The notes: generated by a model not told the origin, from the sequence alone. 64,000 bases of DNA from Bacteroidia bacterium (GCA_027493955.1 JAOSJT010000001.1:4056003-4120002); one strand, 5' to 3'; positions 8,529-17,749 are shown, counted from the stretch's first letter. Made by a program: numbers and translations.

Positions 8529-9509
8529 TTATTCCGTGCCCGTGCTCATCACCGCACATTCCCAGGCCTGGTCAAGTTCTCCGGCTGCAAGGAAGGCACG
8601 CGTGCATTGCAGCAGCCGGAAGCTGCGCTGTTGCGTGTCGAGCAGGCCGGCTTTCCATTCCTTGAGTACACAGAGCAAGGCGCCGCGGGGATTGCCCGCA
8701 CGCAGCTCGACGTCGAACATATCCGCGCTGTGCTGCTCCACAAAGATGCGCTCGATGTCCTGCAGCCATCGCAGCCGTATCGCCTCCGCGTCGGGGAGCG
8801 CCGCCACGCCCGCGAGTTTGGCGAGATCGTTGCCGGTGAGGACGGTGCTTGTGCGCAAATGCCCGGGCAATGCGTCGATGCCGATGCCGTTGTGCGAGGG
8901 CTTCGGCAGCTCGAACAGCGCGTCGCCGTGAGCGCGGCAGTACCAGTCGCCGCCCATTCTGGCTACAAGGTCCATGCGGCGGGGATCGATGCGCTCGCCG
9001 TCGAATACGGACTCGCGGACATGAAACATCAGTACTTCCGCCACCAGCAGATTTCCGCTTGCCGGCTTTGCCCCGGTATCGATATGCTGCAGCAAACGGC
9101 ATTCCATAACGAAGGGCGATTCGGCGACGCCGGGAGGCGACACTACGTTCGATGCCAGCGGCGTGAAGCCCGCCTTTACGAATTCGTTCACGCCGCGTGG
9201 ATAGTCGGAGGAGGCGAGGCTGATTTTTTCCACCATGTCGAAGGTTACGGCGCTGACGGTGAATTCCTTCGTCGCCACGATATTCTCGAAGGTATGCTTC
9301 GGCGTGCCGTCCTTGCCGCGATAGGCGGGAGACACGACGATAATCGGGGGATTCGCTCCGAAGGCATTGAAAAAACTGAAGGGCGACAGATTGACGTTTC
9401 CATCGGCATCCATCGAAGACACCAGCGCGATAGGCCTCGGCGCCACGCCACCGAGCAGAAGCCGATGGACAAAGGGAACAGGATGCTTCGATGGATCGAT
9501 GTGGCGCAT
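8529..9509 (-). CDS. Flavin reductase-like (FMN-binding) family protein with a C-terminal extension
   Basis: 326 aa. The N-terminal ~200 aa match the flavin reductase-like pattern (PRPIALVSSMDADGNVNLSPFSFFNAFGANPPIIVVS). Confidence 0.75.
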   Translation of the reverse strand: MRHIDPSKHPVPFVHRLLLGGVAPRPIALVSSMDADGNVNLSPFSFFNAFGANPPIIVVSPAYRGKDGTPKHTFENIVATKEFTVSAVTFDMVEKISLASSDYPRGVNEFVKAGFTPLASNVVSPPGVAESPFVMECRLLQHIDTGAKPASGNLLVAEVLMFHVRESVFDGERIDPRRMDLVARMGGDWYCRAHGDALFELPKPSHNGIGIDALPGHLRTSTVLTGNDLAKLAGVAALPDAEAIRLRWLQDIERIFVEQHSADMFDVELRAGNPRGALLCVLKEWKAGLLDTQQRSFRLLQCTRAFLAAGELDQAWECAVMSTGTE

Positions 9510-9513
9510 GCGA

Positions 9514-10515
9514 TTACTCCGCGAGCTTCAGTGTGTTTTCGAGGCGGCCGAGTGCTTCGATTTCGCAGACCACGACGTCGCCGGGCTTGAGCCACCATGC
9601 CGGTTCGTACACCTTCGATCCGTTGAGTTCTAGGAAGCAGCCTGTACCCACGGTGCCCGAGCCGATCACGTCACCCGGATACAGGTTCACGCCATAGGAC
9701 ACACGCTCGATGATCTGCGCGAAGGTCCAGCTCATATCCTTGACGTTGCCGCGGCTGACTTCTGTGCCGTTGACGGTGGTGGTCATCACCAGGTCGTAAC
9801 GTTCGCCATGCTCGCCGGGGATGCGGCGGTCGGCGATTTCGTCGCGCGTGACCAGCCACGGACCGATGGAGGTAGCGAAGTCCTTGCCCTTTGCGGGACC
9901 GAGATTGAGCTTCATCTCATGCATCTGCAGGGCGCGCGCGCTCCAGTCGTTCATCACCATGTAGCCGGCGATATACTCATCCGCTTCGGCAGCGCTGATA
10001 TTGCGGCCTTCCTTGCCGATGACGATGGCGCATTCGAGCTCGAAGTCCAGCTTGTCGCAGTGCAGCGGCATGACCTCGACCTCACCCGGACCGGTCACGG
10101 CGTTGTGATTGGTGAAATAGAAAATCGGGATTTCGTCGAACTCGGGTATCATCTCCACGCCGCGGTTGCGCCGCGCGGCCTCGACATGCTGACGAAAGGC
10201 ATAGCCGTCGCGCATGGACGTGGGTTTGGGAACCGGCGCGAGCAGCGTCACTTCGCCGAGCGGCCATGCGATTCGCTCGCTTTCCACTTCAGCAGGGCTG
10301 CCGCGATCGACAAACCAGGTCTGCACTTTTTTCGCGATGTCGATCGCCTCGCTGCCGAGGGCAAGAAAGGCGTTCATTTCGTTCGGCAGCAGGTCGTCGC
10401 CGTCTTTCATGGTGAAGCGCTGCATGGTGTGTGCGGCCTGAAGATCGATGACGGTGTCGCCGACAAGTGCGCCCAGCAGGCGGCGGCCGTTGTGCTCGAA
10501 GGTTACGAGTTTCAT
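9514..10515 (-). CDS. Fumarylacetoacetate hydrolase (FAH) family protein
   Basis: 333 aa with FAH-family motifs (FDFELECAIVIG, MNDWSARALQ, GDVIGSGTVGTGCFLE). Its stop lies 4 nt upstream of the start of the next gene. Confidence 0.85.
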   Translation of the reverse strand: MKLVTFEHNGRRLLGALVGDTVIDLQAAHTMQRFTMKDGDDLLPNEMNAFLALGSEAIDIAKKVQTWFVDRGSPAEVESERIAWPLGEVTLLAPVPKPTSMRDGYAFRQHVEAARRNRGVEMIPEFDEIPIFYFTNHNAVTGPGEVEVMPLHCDKLDFELECAIVIGKEGRNISAAEADEYIAGYMVMNDWSARALQMHEMKLNLGPAKGKDFATSIGPWLVTRDEIADRRIPGEHGERYDLVMTTTVNGTEVSRGNVKDMSWTFAQIIERVSYGVNLYPGDVIGSGTVGTGCFLELNGSKVYEPAWWLKPGDVVVCEIEALGRLENTLKLAE

Positions 10516-10562
10516 TCTCTGTCTATCTCCATATCGTGATGTGCGAAGTGATGTCGGGAACG

Positions 10563-12383
10563 CTATTCCCAGCGTCTGTTGTCCAGTATGAGGTCGGTGG
10601 CAAGCTCGCGGCCCTTTTCATCGATGCGGTACAGCGGCATGATTTTACTTGCGTGTACAATGGCCATGTCCAGACCGGCCTCGCAGGCGTAATGCAGGAA
10701 CACCGAATTGAGTACGTGCCTCGAGTGCGGATTGAGTCCGAAGGACACGTTGGAAACCCCGAGACTCGTGAAGCAGCGCGGCCAGGCGCGCTTGATCATG
10801 CGAATGGCTTCGACGGTTTCCATGGCCGAGCGGCGGAATTCCTCGTCGCCGCTGCCGAGCGTAAAGGTCAGAGTATCGAAAATGAGATCTTCGTCCCGAA
10901 GCCCGAACGTGCCGACGGCCAGCTCGCGTATGCGCGCGGCGATGTCGAATTTATGCTGCGCCGTTTTCGCCATGCCTTGTTCATCGATGGTAAGCGCAAC
11001 GACGGCGGCGCCGTACATTTTGCACAACGCGAGAACGGAGGCCAGGCGTTCCTCGCCGTCTTCGAGATTGATGGAGTTGACGATGGCCTTGCCCGCGTAA
11101 TGCTTCAGGGCAGCTTCGATGACGGGGATTTCCGTCGAGTCTATCATGAGCGGTATCGCGGCCTGCGTGTTGAAGCGCTTCACCACTTCCGTCATGTCGC
11201 GCACCTCATCGCGCCCGACATACGCAGTGCACACGTCGAGGATGTGGGCACCTTCGCGGATCTGCTCCTTCGCCATGGCCACCATATCGTCGTAGCGGTC
11301 GGCGAGCAGCAGTTCGCGGAATTTCTTCGAGCCGTTCGCATTGCAGCGTTCGCCGATGAGAAGCGGCGGAGGATCGAGGTGCAAAGGCACGGAAGAATAG
11401 AGTGAAGAAACGGAGGCGCTGCTGTCGATGTCGCGAAGCCGCGGTACAGCGGTTGCCGCGAGCGCGGCGAGGCGTGCGATATGCTCCGGCGTCGTACCGC
11501 AGCAGCCGCCGATCATATTGACGCCGAGTTCCTCCACGAAGCGGCGCATGAACTGCTCCAGCTCGTCGGGTGTCAGCCGGTAGCAGGTGTGTCCGCCGAT
11601 ATTTTCCGGTATGCCGGCATTGGGCATGACGAAGACAGGACGCGAGGAGTTCTGGCAGATATAGCGGAGATTCTCCTCCATTTCCTTTGGTCCGGTGGCG
11701 CAGTTCATGCCGAACACCGTCACGATGTCGTAGGGATCGACCGTGGTCAGGGCCGCCGAGATCTCGGTGCCCATGAGCATGGTGCCCATGGCCTCGACGG
11801 TCACGGAAACGATGACCGGCCAGGTGTCTCCGCGCAGTTCGAACTCGGACCGTGCCGCCGCGAGGGCGGCCTTCACTTGCAGCATATCCTGGCAGGTTTC
11901 GATACAGAGAATATCGGTTCCGCCGTCGAGGAGGCCTCTGATTTGCTCGAGATAGGAGTCACGGAGCTCGTCGAAGGAGATATGGCCCAGCGAAGGGAGT
12001 TTCGTGGTGGGTCCGATGGATCCTGCGACGAAGCGCGGTTTTTCCGGAGTGCTGAAACTGTCGGCCATGCGGCGCGCGATGGAGGCGGCCTTGAGATTGA
12101 GCTCGTAGGCCAGGTGCGCGATGTTGTATTCGGCCAGGACGATGCCGGTGGAGCCGAAGGAATTGGTTTCGATGATATCCGCTCCTGCTTCCAAAAATCC
12201 CCGGTGTACCGCTTCGACGGCGGAGGGTTTGGAGATGACGAGATACTCGTTGCAGCCCTCGAGTTCGGGTCCGCCGAAATCCTCGGCCGTAAGATTCTGC
12301 GTCTGCAGGTTGGTACCCGTGGCCCCGTCGAATACGAGCACCCGGGATTTCAATGCGTCGGTAAACGCTGTATTCATGTACAA
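10563..12383 (-). CDS. MetH-like protein with only the homocysteine-binding and pterin-binding (methyltetrahydrofolate) modules
   Basis: 606 aa. The N-terminus is a Hcy S-methyltransferase domain (VLVFDGATGTNLQ ... GGCCGTTPEHI). The C-terminus is a pterin-binding domain (ERCNANGSKKFREL ... GLDMAIVHASK). The protein ends right after the folate module, and no cobalamin or AdoMet domain follows. Confidence 0.85.
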   Translation of the reverse strand: MYMNTAFTDALKSRVLVFDGATGTNLQTQNLTAEDFGGPELEGCNEYLVISKPSAVEAVHRGFLEAGADIIETNSFGSTGIVLAEYNIAHLAYELNLKAASIARRMADSFSTPEKPRFVAGSIGPTTKLPSLGHISFDELRDSYLEQIRGLLDGGTDILCIETCQDMLQVKAALAAARSEFELRGDTWPVIVSVTVEAMGTMLMGTEISAALTTVDPYDIVTVFGMNCATGPKEMEENLRYICQNSSRPVFVMPNAGIPENIGGHTCYRLTPDELEQFMRRFVEELGVNMIGGCCGTTPEHIARLAALAATAVPRLRDIDSSASVSSLYSSVPLHLDPPPLLIGERCNANGSKKFRELLLADRYDDMVAMAKEQIREGAHILDVCTAYVGRDEVRDMTEVVKRFNTQAAIPLMIDSTEIPVIEAALKHYAGKAIVNSINLEDGEERLASVLALCKMYGAAVVALTIDEQGMAKTAQHKFDIAARIRELAVGTFGLRDEDLIFDTLTFTLGSGDEEFRRSAMETVEAIRMIKRAWPRCFTSLGVSNVSFGLNPHSRHVLNSVFLHYACEAGLDMAIVHASKIMPLYRIDEKGRELATDLILDNRRWE

Positions 12384-12568
12384 TCCATCATTCAGGTAAG
12401 AATGAAAGATAGGGATTTTGGGGTTGGGGTGAAAACCCGTTGGGGCATGCGTCCGATACCTTCGTTCGTCGCGTGTTCATCTGGCACCGGGGTAAATTTC
12501 CCGAGCTGACAGCCAGACGTCCTTGGGACTAGAAAGTGGGTGGGTTGCGCGTGCCCCCAGCTGACATT

Positions 12569-12943
12569 GGGATTAGAGGAAGTGTCGCCCTTCGGGCTGT
12601 GGCCTCTCTGTTGGGCGTCGGCGACCCCGGGCTGAAGCCCGGGGTTAGAGGAAGTGTCGCCCTTCGGGCTGTGGCCTCTCTGTTGGGCGTCGGCGACCCC
12701 GGGCTGAAGCCCGGGGTTAGAGGGAGTGTCGCCCTTCGGGCTGTGGCCTCTTTGTTGGGCGTCGGCGACCCCGGGCTGAAGCCCGGGGTTAGAGGGAGTG
12801 TCGCCCTTCGGGCTGTGGCCTCTCTGTTGGGCGTCGGCGACTCCGGGCTGAAGCCGGGGTTAGAGGGAGTGTCGCCCTTCGGGCTGTGGCCTCTCTGTTG
12901 GGCGTCGGCGACCCCGGGCTGAAGCCCGGGGTTAGAGGGAGTG
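12569..12943. repeat. Tandem array of a 72-bp structured repeat (5 full units plus one unit interrupted by the IS)
   Basis: TTAGAGG recurs at 12573, 12645, 12717, 12789, 12860 and 12932. The unit is GTGTCGCCCTTCGGGC...GGCGTCGGCGAC, then the perfect hairpin CCCCGGGC-TGAA-GCCCGGGG, then the TTAGAGGRA linker. Confidence 0.9.
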
Positions 12944-13136
12944 TGGAGTGTACCGCAAAAAATGGACAGTGAGTTCCCCCCGGATTGAAATGACAGTGTG
13001 CTTGTAGTGGTCGCGTTCGCAGTCGCGCAGAGGAACCGCGGGGTGGCGCCGGGGCGGCCCTGAGCTCTCTTGGGGGCTCCAGTCGCCCCGACTGCCAGCG
13101 CGGTTCGCTGCGCGCCTTGCTCTCGCTCATATCGTT

Positions 13137-14018
13137 TCATGCCGCCTGCTCCATGTCATTGCCGAGACGTTTCTTCGACCAATACAGATTCTCGTGTTCC
13201 TGCGGCGTATGATAGCCCAGCGTGCTGTGCAGACGCTGATTATTGTATTCAAGTTCAATGTACTCGAAGAGGTATCGCCGGGCATCCGTCACCGACGCGA
13301 AGAGAAGTCCTTCCGGCATTTCCTTCTTCAACGTGGCAAAAAATGACTCGGCGACGGCGTTATCCCAGCAATCACCCTTCCTGCTCATGCTCTGAATGCT
13401 GCCGTAAGGGCGCAGGGCACTGCGGAATCCCTCGCAGCAGTATTGCACACCGCGATCAGAATGCACGATAAGCCCCGCACGTATGCTTCGCGTCCAAGCC
13501 GCGCGTTTGAACGCGGTCACAACCATTGTATGGCGCAACGATGTGCTGACCTCCCAGCCGACGATCTTCCGGGAAAACAGGTCGATAAACACGCACAAGT
13601 ACAACCATCCGGAGGTGCTGCGCAAATACGTGATATCACTCACCCACACCGTATCAGGTGCATCGACCGAAAACTGGCGTTCGAGCATATTTGGCGAGAC
13701 AGTATACGAATGCTTCGAATCTGTCGTGGTAATGAAACGGCGACGATGCTTGACCTTCAATCCCTGCCGACGCATGCTGGCCGCCACGCGGCTCCGCCCG
13801 CACGCGAAACCGCGCTTGCGTAATGCTTTGACGAGACGACGTACGCCGTAGCTGGATTTCCTGCGCAGGAATTCCTCCCGGACCGCCATATCGAAGGCTG
13901 CGGTGCGCTCGGCGCGTGCATGCTCGCCACGACGACGCCATGCATAATAGCCTGAGCACGATACGTTGAGCACGCTGGCCATCCTTTCGATGCTAAACTC
14001 GTTCCGATATGCGTTCAT
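13137..14018 (-). CDS. IS3-family transposase OrfB (DDE/RNase H-fold integrase core), expressed as an OrfAB fusion
   Basis: Motifs VSDITYL, HSDRGVQY and DNAVAESFF supply the D, D, E residues. The frame is open upstream of the annotated Met back to the slippery site (KKSSGHLLATHEARFRF-MNAYRNEF). It lies in the -1 frame relative to orfA. Confidence 0.9.
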   Translation of the reverse strand: MNAYRNEFSIERMASVLNVSCSGYYAWRRRGEHARAERTAAFDMAVREEFLRRKSSYGVRRLVKALRKRGFACGRSRVAASMRRQGLKVKHRRRFITTTDSKHSYTVSPNMLERQFSVDAPDTVWVSDITYLRSTSGWLYLCVFIDLFSRKIVGWEVSTSLRHTMVVTAFKRAAWTRSIRAGLIVHSDRGVQYCCEGFRSALRPYGSIQSMSRKGDCWDNAVAESFFATLKKEMPEGLLFASVTDARRYLFEYIELEYNNQRLHSTLGYHTPQEHENLYWSKKRLGNDMEQAA

Positions 14019-14329
14019 AAACCGGAACCGGGCTTCGTGGGTAGCGAGAAGATGGCCACTGCTTTTTTTAATATTTCGCGCTCCTGACGGAGAATCTCGT
14101 TCTCTCGACGAAGACGATGCAGTTCAGAATCACTGGCGGGAAGATTTCCGTTGCCGGGAAAGGCCTCTGACTTCTGTGTCAGAAGCTGACGGCGCCAGGT
14201 GCGTATCGCACCATCATAGAGGTCGAACTCCTCCTCAAGCGCGGAGTCGGGTCGATCGGTGCTGTCAGCCAACTCGATCACGGATCGTTTGAATGCAGCA
14301 TCATATTTCTTGTGGGTTCGTTTTACCAT
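14015..14329 (-). CDS. IS3-family transposase OrfA (HTH/leucine-zipper part)
   Basis: The true start is ATG 14329 (MVKRTHKKYDAAFKRSVIEL...). The 73-codon N-terminal extension in the ORF track is translated repeat sequence. Confidence 0.85.
   Translation of the reverse strand: MVKRTHKKYDAAFKRSVIELADSTDRPDSALEEEFDLYDGAIRTWRRQLLTQKSEAFPGNGNLPASDSELHRLRRENEILRQEREILKKAVAIFSLPTKPGSGL
14063..14071 (-). other. Programmed -1 ribosomal frameshift site of the IS3 element
   Basis: The minus strand reads TTA AAA AAA GCA in the orfA frame (A AAA AAA heptamer). The orfB frame is offset by -1 and is open from this point. Confidence 0.7.
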
Positions 14330-14401
14330 GACAGAGTCTCCGGTGATTTTTGAAAAGGTAACCGGGGGGAACTCTCTGTGCAATTTCTTCGGGACACTCC
14401 A

Positions 14402-14548
14402 GTGTCGCCCTTCGGGCTGTGGCCTCTTTGCCGACCCCAGGCTGAAGCCCGGGGTTAGAGGGAGTGTCGCCCTTCGGGCTGTGGCCTCTTTGCCGACCCC
14501 AGGCTGAAGCCCGGGGTTAGAGGAAGTGTCGCCCTTCGGGCTTTTCAC
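14402..14548. repeat. Continuation of the structured repeat array beyond the IS (62-bp variant units, about 2.3 units)
   Basis: TTAGAG occurs at 14455 and 14517 (period 62). The core GTGTCGCCCTTCGGGCTGTGGCC is the same as in 12569-12943, with a 10-bp shorter middle segment. Confidence 0.85.
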
Positions 14549-14925
14549 TCTTCACTTCACACGGTGTCGTCAACCTCAGTGTGCCCACCAACGCCGTACA
14601 TTGGTCCGTTTCGTGTGATGAATTGAGGTATCTGTGGTTTCGGCTACGATCAGGGGCCGGCCTAAACAGGGATTATCAGTCCTTATCCATCGATGTCATT
14701 TACAAGGATGCGACAGCACGGATATTGCTTAAAAATGCAATGTCGGCAGAGCAGTTCCGCTACTGCGGAAAAGCATGATCCTCTCCGTAACGCGATCAGA
14801 GAGCCACTTACACAAGATGTCATTACCAGGGAGGTTATTTCATCAACACCATTTTACCTGTCTGATGGCCGTATGGTGTTTCCAGAGGTGAACGCAGGTC
14901 CCAGGGTAACTCTTCCGCGACCTCC

Positions 14926-15966
14926 TTACTTAACCTGTTGACGATAGCCGCGTTTGACGATTGCATAGGAGTTAACGTGGCCGCAAGCGAGAACCATATG
15001 ACCGGCCGTGGCAATACTATGCGTGAAGATTCCGTTGGGATCCGGAGGCAGCACTGAGGCAAACGTACTTCCGTTGAAATGAATTACCTCGCCTTGCTGA
15101 ACGAAAATGCAAACATCATTGAGGGCCGTGCCCCGGATTCCTGTTATGCAGTTCTCCGGAGACAGCACGGGCAGCCACTTCCCGTCGGAATTACGGAACA
15201 GTCGTCCGCAACCGCCCGAATACCAGGTGCCGTGCATGCCCCAGACGCTGATCTGTTCGTGGGAAACGGACTCCACCAGCTCGGATATTCTCCCGTTCTC
15301 CATGCGGATCAGATATCCAGGCCTGCCGCTGTGCATGTCGGGATCGGTTACGGCAATGTATGTCGTCCCGCCCCATCCCCAGATGTCCCTGTTCCAGGCC
15401 GTCGTTTCCAAGCCCATCTGCGTATGCTTCTGACCATCCCAATGGATGATCGATCCGTTGTTCCCGACAGAATACACATTGTCCGCCCGGTCACCCCAGA
15501 TTTTATATACCCCTCCTGCGCGGCCGATAGGAGTGAGGTTGTAGCCCTGCCATTGGGATCCGTTCCAATGACGAGCATTCACCCACATATCATCCCGAGC
15601 GAGGCAGAATACCGCGAAAAGCTCGGAAAACGCGCTTGCGCCCTGGAAAAATGGATCGATCCTGACCAGCGTCCATTTCCTCCCGTCCCAGTGCGCGGCA
15701 TTAGCCGTCATTTTCCAGTCCACTTTCCCCGTGCTGTCATAGTGGTAGAAATATCCCACCGCCCAGGCATCGTCCTCCGCGAGGCAGAAGACGTCGTTAA
15801 CCCTCGAGAGTTTGCCTCCGAGCGTGTCGTTTTGCCAGATGTAGGAATGGCTCTTCGTATCCCCCGGATCGGGCTCCGGCGGTATCGGCACGACGGCGTC
15901 CTCGTCGCACCCCGTTACGCACGAACAGAGAAGCGCAAACAACACGGATAGCAACATCACACGCAT
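14926..15966 (-). CDS. Lipoprotein, probable beta-propeller-like repeat protein (paralog A)
   Basis: 346 aa with a lipobox-like N-terminus (LLCSCVTGC). It has recurring DDxW / NGSIIHWDG / GEVIHFNG blade-like motifs and a near-identical paralog 1479 bp away. Confidence 0.8.
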   Translation of the reverse strand: MRVMLLSVLFALLCSCVTGCDEDAVVPIPPEPDPGDTKSHSYIWQNDTLGGKLSRVNDVFCLAEDDAWAVGYFYHYDSTGKVDWKMTANAAHWDGRKWTLVRIDPFFQGASAFSELFAVFCLARDDMWVNARHWNGSQWQGYNLTPIGRAGGVYKIWGDRADNVYSVGNNGSIIHWDGQKHTQMGLETTAWNRDIWGWGGTTYIAVTDPDMHSGRPGYLIRMENGRISELVESVSHEQISVWGMHGTWYSGGCGRLFRNSDGKWLPVLSPENCITGIRGTALNDVCIFVQQGEVIHFNGSTFASVLPPDPNGIFTHSIATAGHMVLACGHVNSYAIVKRGYRQQVK

Positions 15967-16330
15967 GGCAACCCTCTTGCTTAGTACAGTACCTCATGAT
16001 CAATTCACGGCCGTCGTCCACTCCCGCGAAACGCACCGACACTTCCAACCCGTAGTAGGCGACCGACAACTCCTTATTCTATTCGCAGATGTATTGTATG
16101 AAAATACTTTTACAATATCACGATCTGGAGGCCTGGTTATAAGGAATTTCAAAAAAATATTTAGCAGCAGACGCGTCTGATCAGTAGCACACAGTACGCT
16201 CTCGATGATTACGCATCATAGATGACATCATGGATGACGTTGGGTTGTTGATTCGTCATGGGCTAGCTTGACAAAGCAAAGCCCTTGCACCCTCGGGTGC
16301 GGTCTTTTCCGGACGGGGTTGTTGCATGTG

Positions 16331-16364
16331 CCTCTCTTCCGTTGCACCGGAAGAGAGGTTTTTT
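16331..16364. terminator. Strong hairpin with a T6 tract on the plus strand, between the two minus-strand paralogs
   Basis: CCTCTCTTCCG-TTGCAC-CGGAAGAGAGG (16331-16358) followed by TTTTTT (16359-16364). A second small hairpin, GCACC-CTCG-GGTGC, lies at 16287-16300. It is 41 bp downstream of the paralog B stop, but the U-tract orientation fits plus-strand transcription. Confidence 0.5.
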
Positions 16365-16404
16365 GATGTGAGTACAGTTTCTCGGTTGTCCTTCCGCGAC
16401 CTCC

Positions 16405-17445
16405 TTATTGGACTGGCTGGCGATAGCCGCGCTTGACCACGGCATATTGATTCAGATGGCCGACGGCGAGAACCATCCGGTCTACTACCGCAATGCGGCT
16501 CGTGAAAAAGCCAAGTGTTTCTTCGTCCAACACCGTTGCGAAAGTACTTCCGTTGTAATGAATGACCTCGCCTTGCTGAACGAAAATACAAACATCATTG
16601 AGCGCCGTGCCACGGATGCCGGTAATGCAGTTTTCCGGAGACAGCACGGGCAGCCACTTCCCGTCGGAATTACGGAACAACCGACCGCAACCGCCCGAAT
16701 ACCAGGTGCCGTTCATGCCCCAGACGCTGATCTGCTCGTGGGAAACGGACTCCACCAGCCCGGTGATTTTCCCGTTCTCCATGCGGATCAGATATCCACG
16801 CCTGCCGCTGTGCAGGTCGGGATCGGTTACGGCAATGTATGTCGTCCCGCCCCATCCCCAAATGTCCCTGTTCCAGGCCGTCGTTTCCAAGCCCATCTGC
16901 GTATGCTTCTGACCATCCCAATGGATGATCGAACCGTTGTTCCCGACAGAATACACATTGTCCGCCCGGTCACCCCAGATTTTATACGTCCCACCAGCAC
17001 GGCCAAGAGGGGTGAGATTGTAAACTTCCCACGCCACGCCATTCCAGTGGAATGAGCCCGCCCACACATCGTCAATTCCGAGGCAATAGACGGCACGAAC
17101 CTCCCCGAATGAAAATCCCCCCTGGAATGTGGGGTTAATCCTCACCAGCGTCCATTTTATCCCGTCCCAGTGTGCGGCATTTGCCGTCTTTTTCCAGTCC
17201 ACTTTCCCCGTGCTGTCATAGTGGTAGAAATATCCCACCGCCCAGGCGTCGTCCTCCGCGAGGCAGAACACGTCGTTAACCCTCGAGAGTTTGCCTCCGA
17301 GCGTGTCGTTTTGCCAGATATAGGAATGGCTCGTCGTATCCCCCGGGTCGGGCTCCGGCGGTATCGGCACGACGGCGTCCTCGTCGCATCCCGTTACGCA
17401 CGAACAGAGAATCGCAAACAACACGGATAGCAACATCACACGCAT
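16405..17445 (-). CDS. Lipoprotein, probable beta-propeller-like repeat protein (paralog B)
   Basis: 346 aa, the same length and lipobox as paralog A. The upstream ~180 bp leader is also duplicated. Confidence 0.8.
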   Translation of the reverse strand: MRVMLLSVLFAILCSCVTGCDEDAVVPIPPEPDPGDTTSHSYIWQNDTLGGKLSRVNDVFCLAEDDAWAVGYFYHYDSTGKVDWKKTANAAHWDGIKWTLVRINPTFQGGFSFGEVRAVYCLGIDDVWAGSFHWNGVAWEVYNLTPLGRAGGTYKIWGDRADNVYSVGNNGSIIHWDGQKHTQMGLETTAWNRDIWGWGGTTYIAVTDPDLHSGRRGYLIRMENGKITGLVESVSHEQISVWGMNGTWYSGGCGRLFRNSDGKWLPVLSPENCITGIRGTALNDVCIFVQQGEVIHYNGSTFATVLDEETLGFFTSRIAVVDRMVLAVGHLNQYAVVKRGYRQPVQ

Positions 17446-17749
17446 GGCAACCCTCTTGCTTAGTACAGTACCTCATGATCAATTCACGGCCGTCGTCCAC
17501 CCCCGCGAAACGCACCGACACCTCCAACCCGTAGTAGGCGACCGACAACTCCTTATTATATTCGCATCCGAATTGTGCGAGAATACATTCACAAAATCAA
17601 GATCCGCATGCCTGGTTATGAAACACTGGTTTTGAAACTATCTTCTGATTTCGCCATTGCAGGACCTGAGACACGGGAAGGAAGCACAATTTCCTCCTCG
17701 CTGCAGAAGGCTCATTGAATCGCGAAACGAGAACGGCACCCTCTTGTCA

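Larger units (their letters stand above)
12944..14401 (-). mobile_element. IS3-family insertion sequence (1458 bp), apparently intact
   Basis: Terminal inverted repeats begin TGGAGTGT...GAGTTCCCCCCGG and match at 34 of the first 40 positions, with TG...CA ends. A 3-bp direct duplication GTG flanks the element (12941-12943 and 14402-14404). It carries orfA and orfB with an A7 slippery site. Confidence 0.9.

Noticed and set aside
12384-12568. SAM or cobalamin riboswitch in the leader of the MetH-like gene (GGTGCCAGATGAAC resembles a SAM-I/B12 fragment)
   Set aside because: Only one short fragment matches. The other conserved helices and boxes (AGGGA..GGCCC for SAM-I, the B12 box) are not present in the right order. 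This is unresolved without cmscan.
16268-16273. TTGACA as a promoter -35 for the putative small plus-strand RNA
   Set aside because: No acceptable -10 (TAnnnT) lies 16-19 nt downstream, and FCB-group promoters use a different consensus. It is mentioned only as context in the finding.
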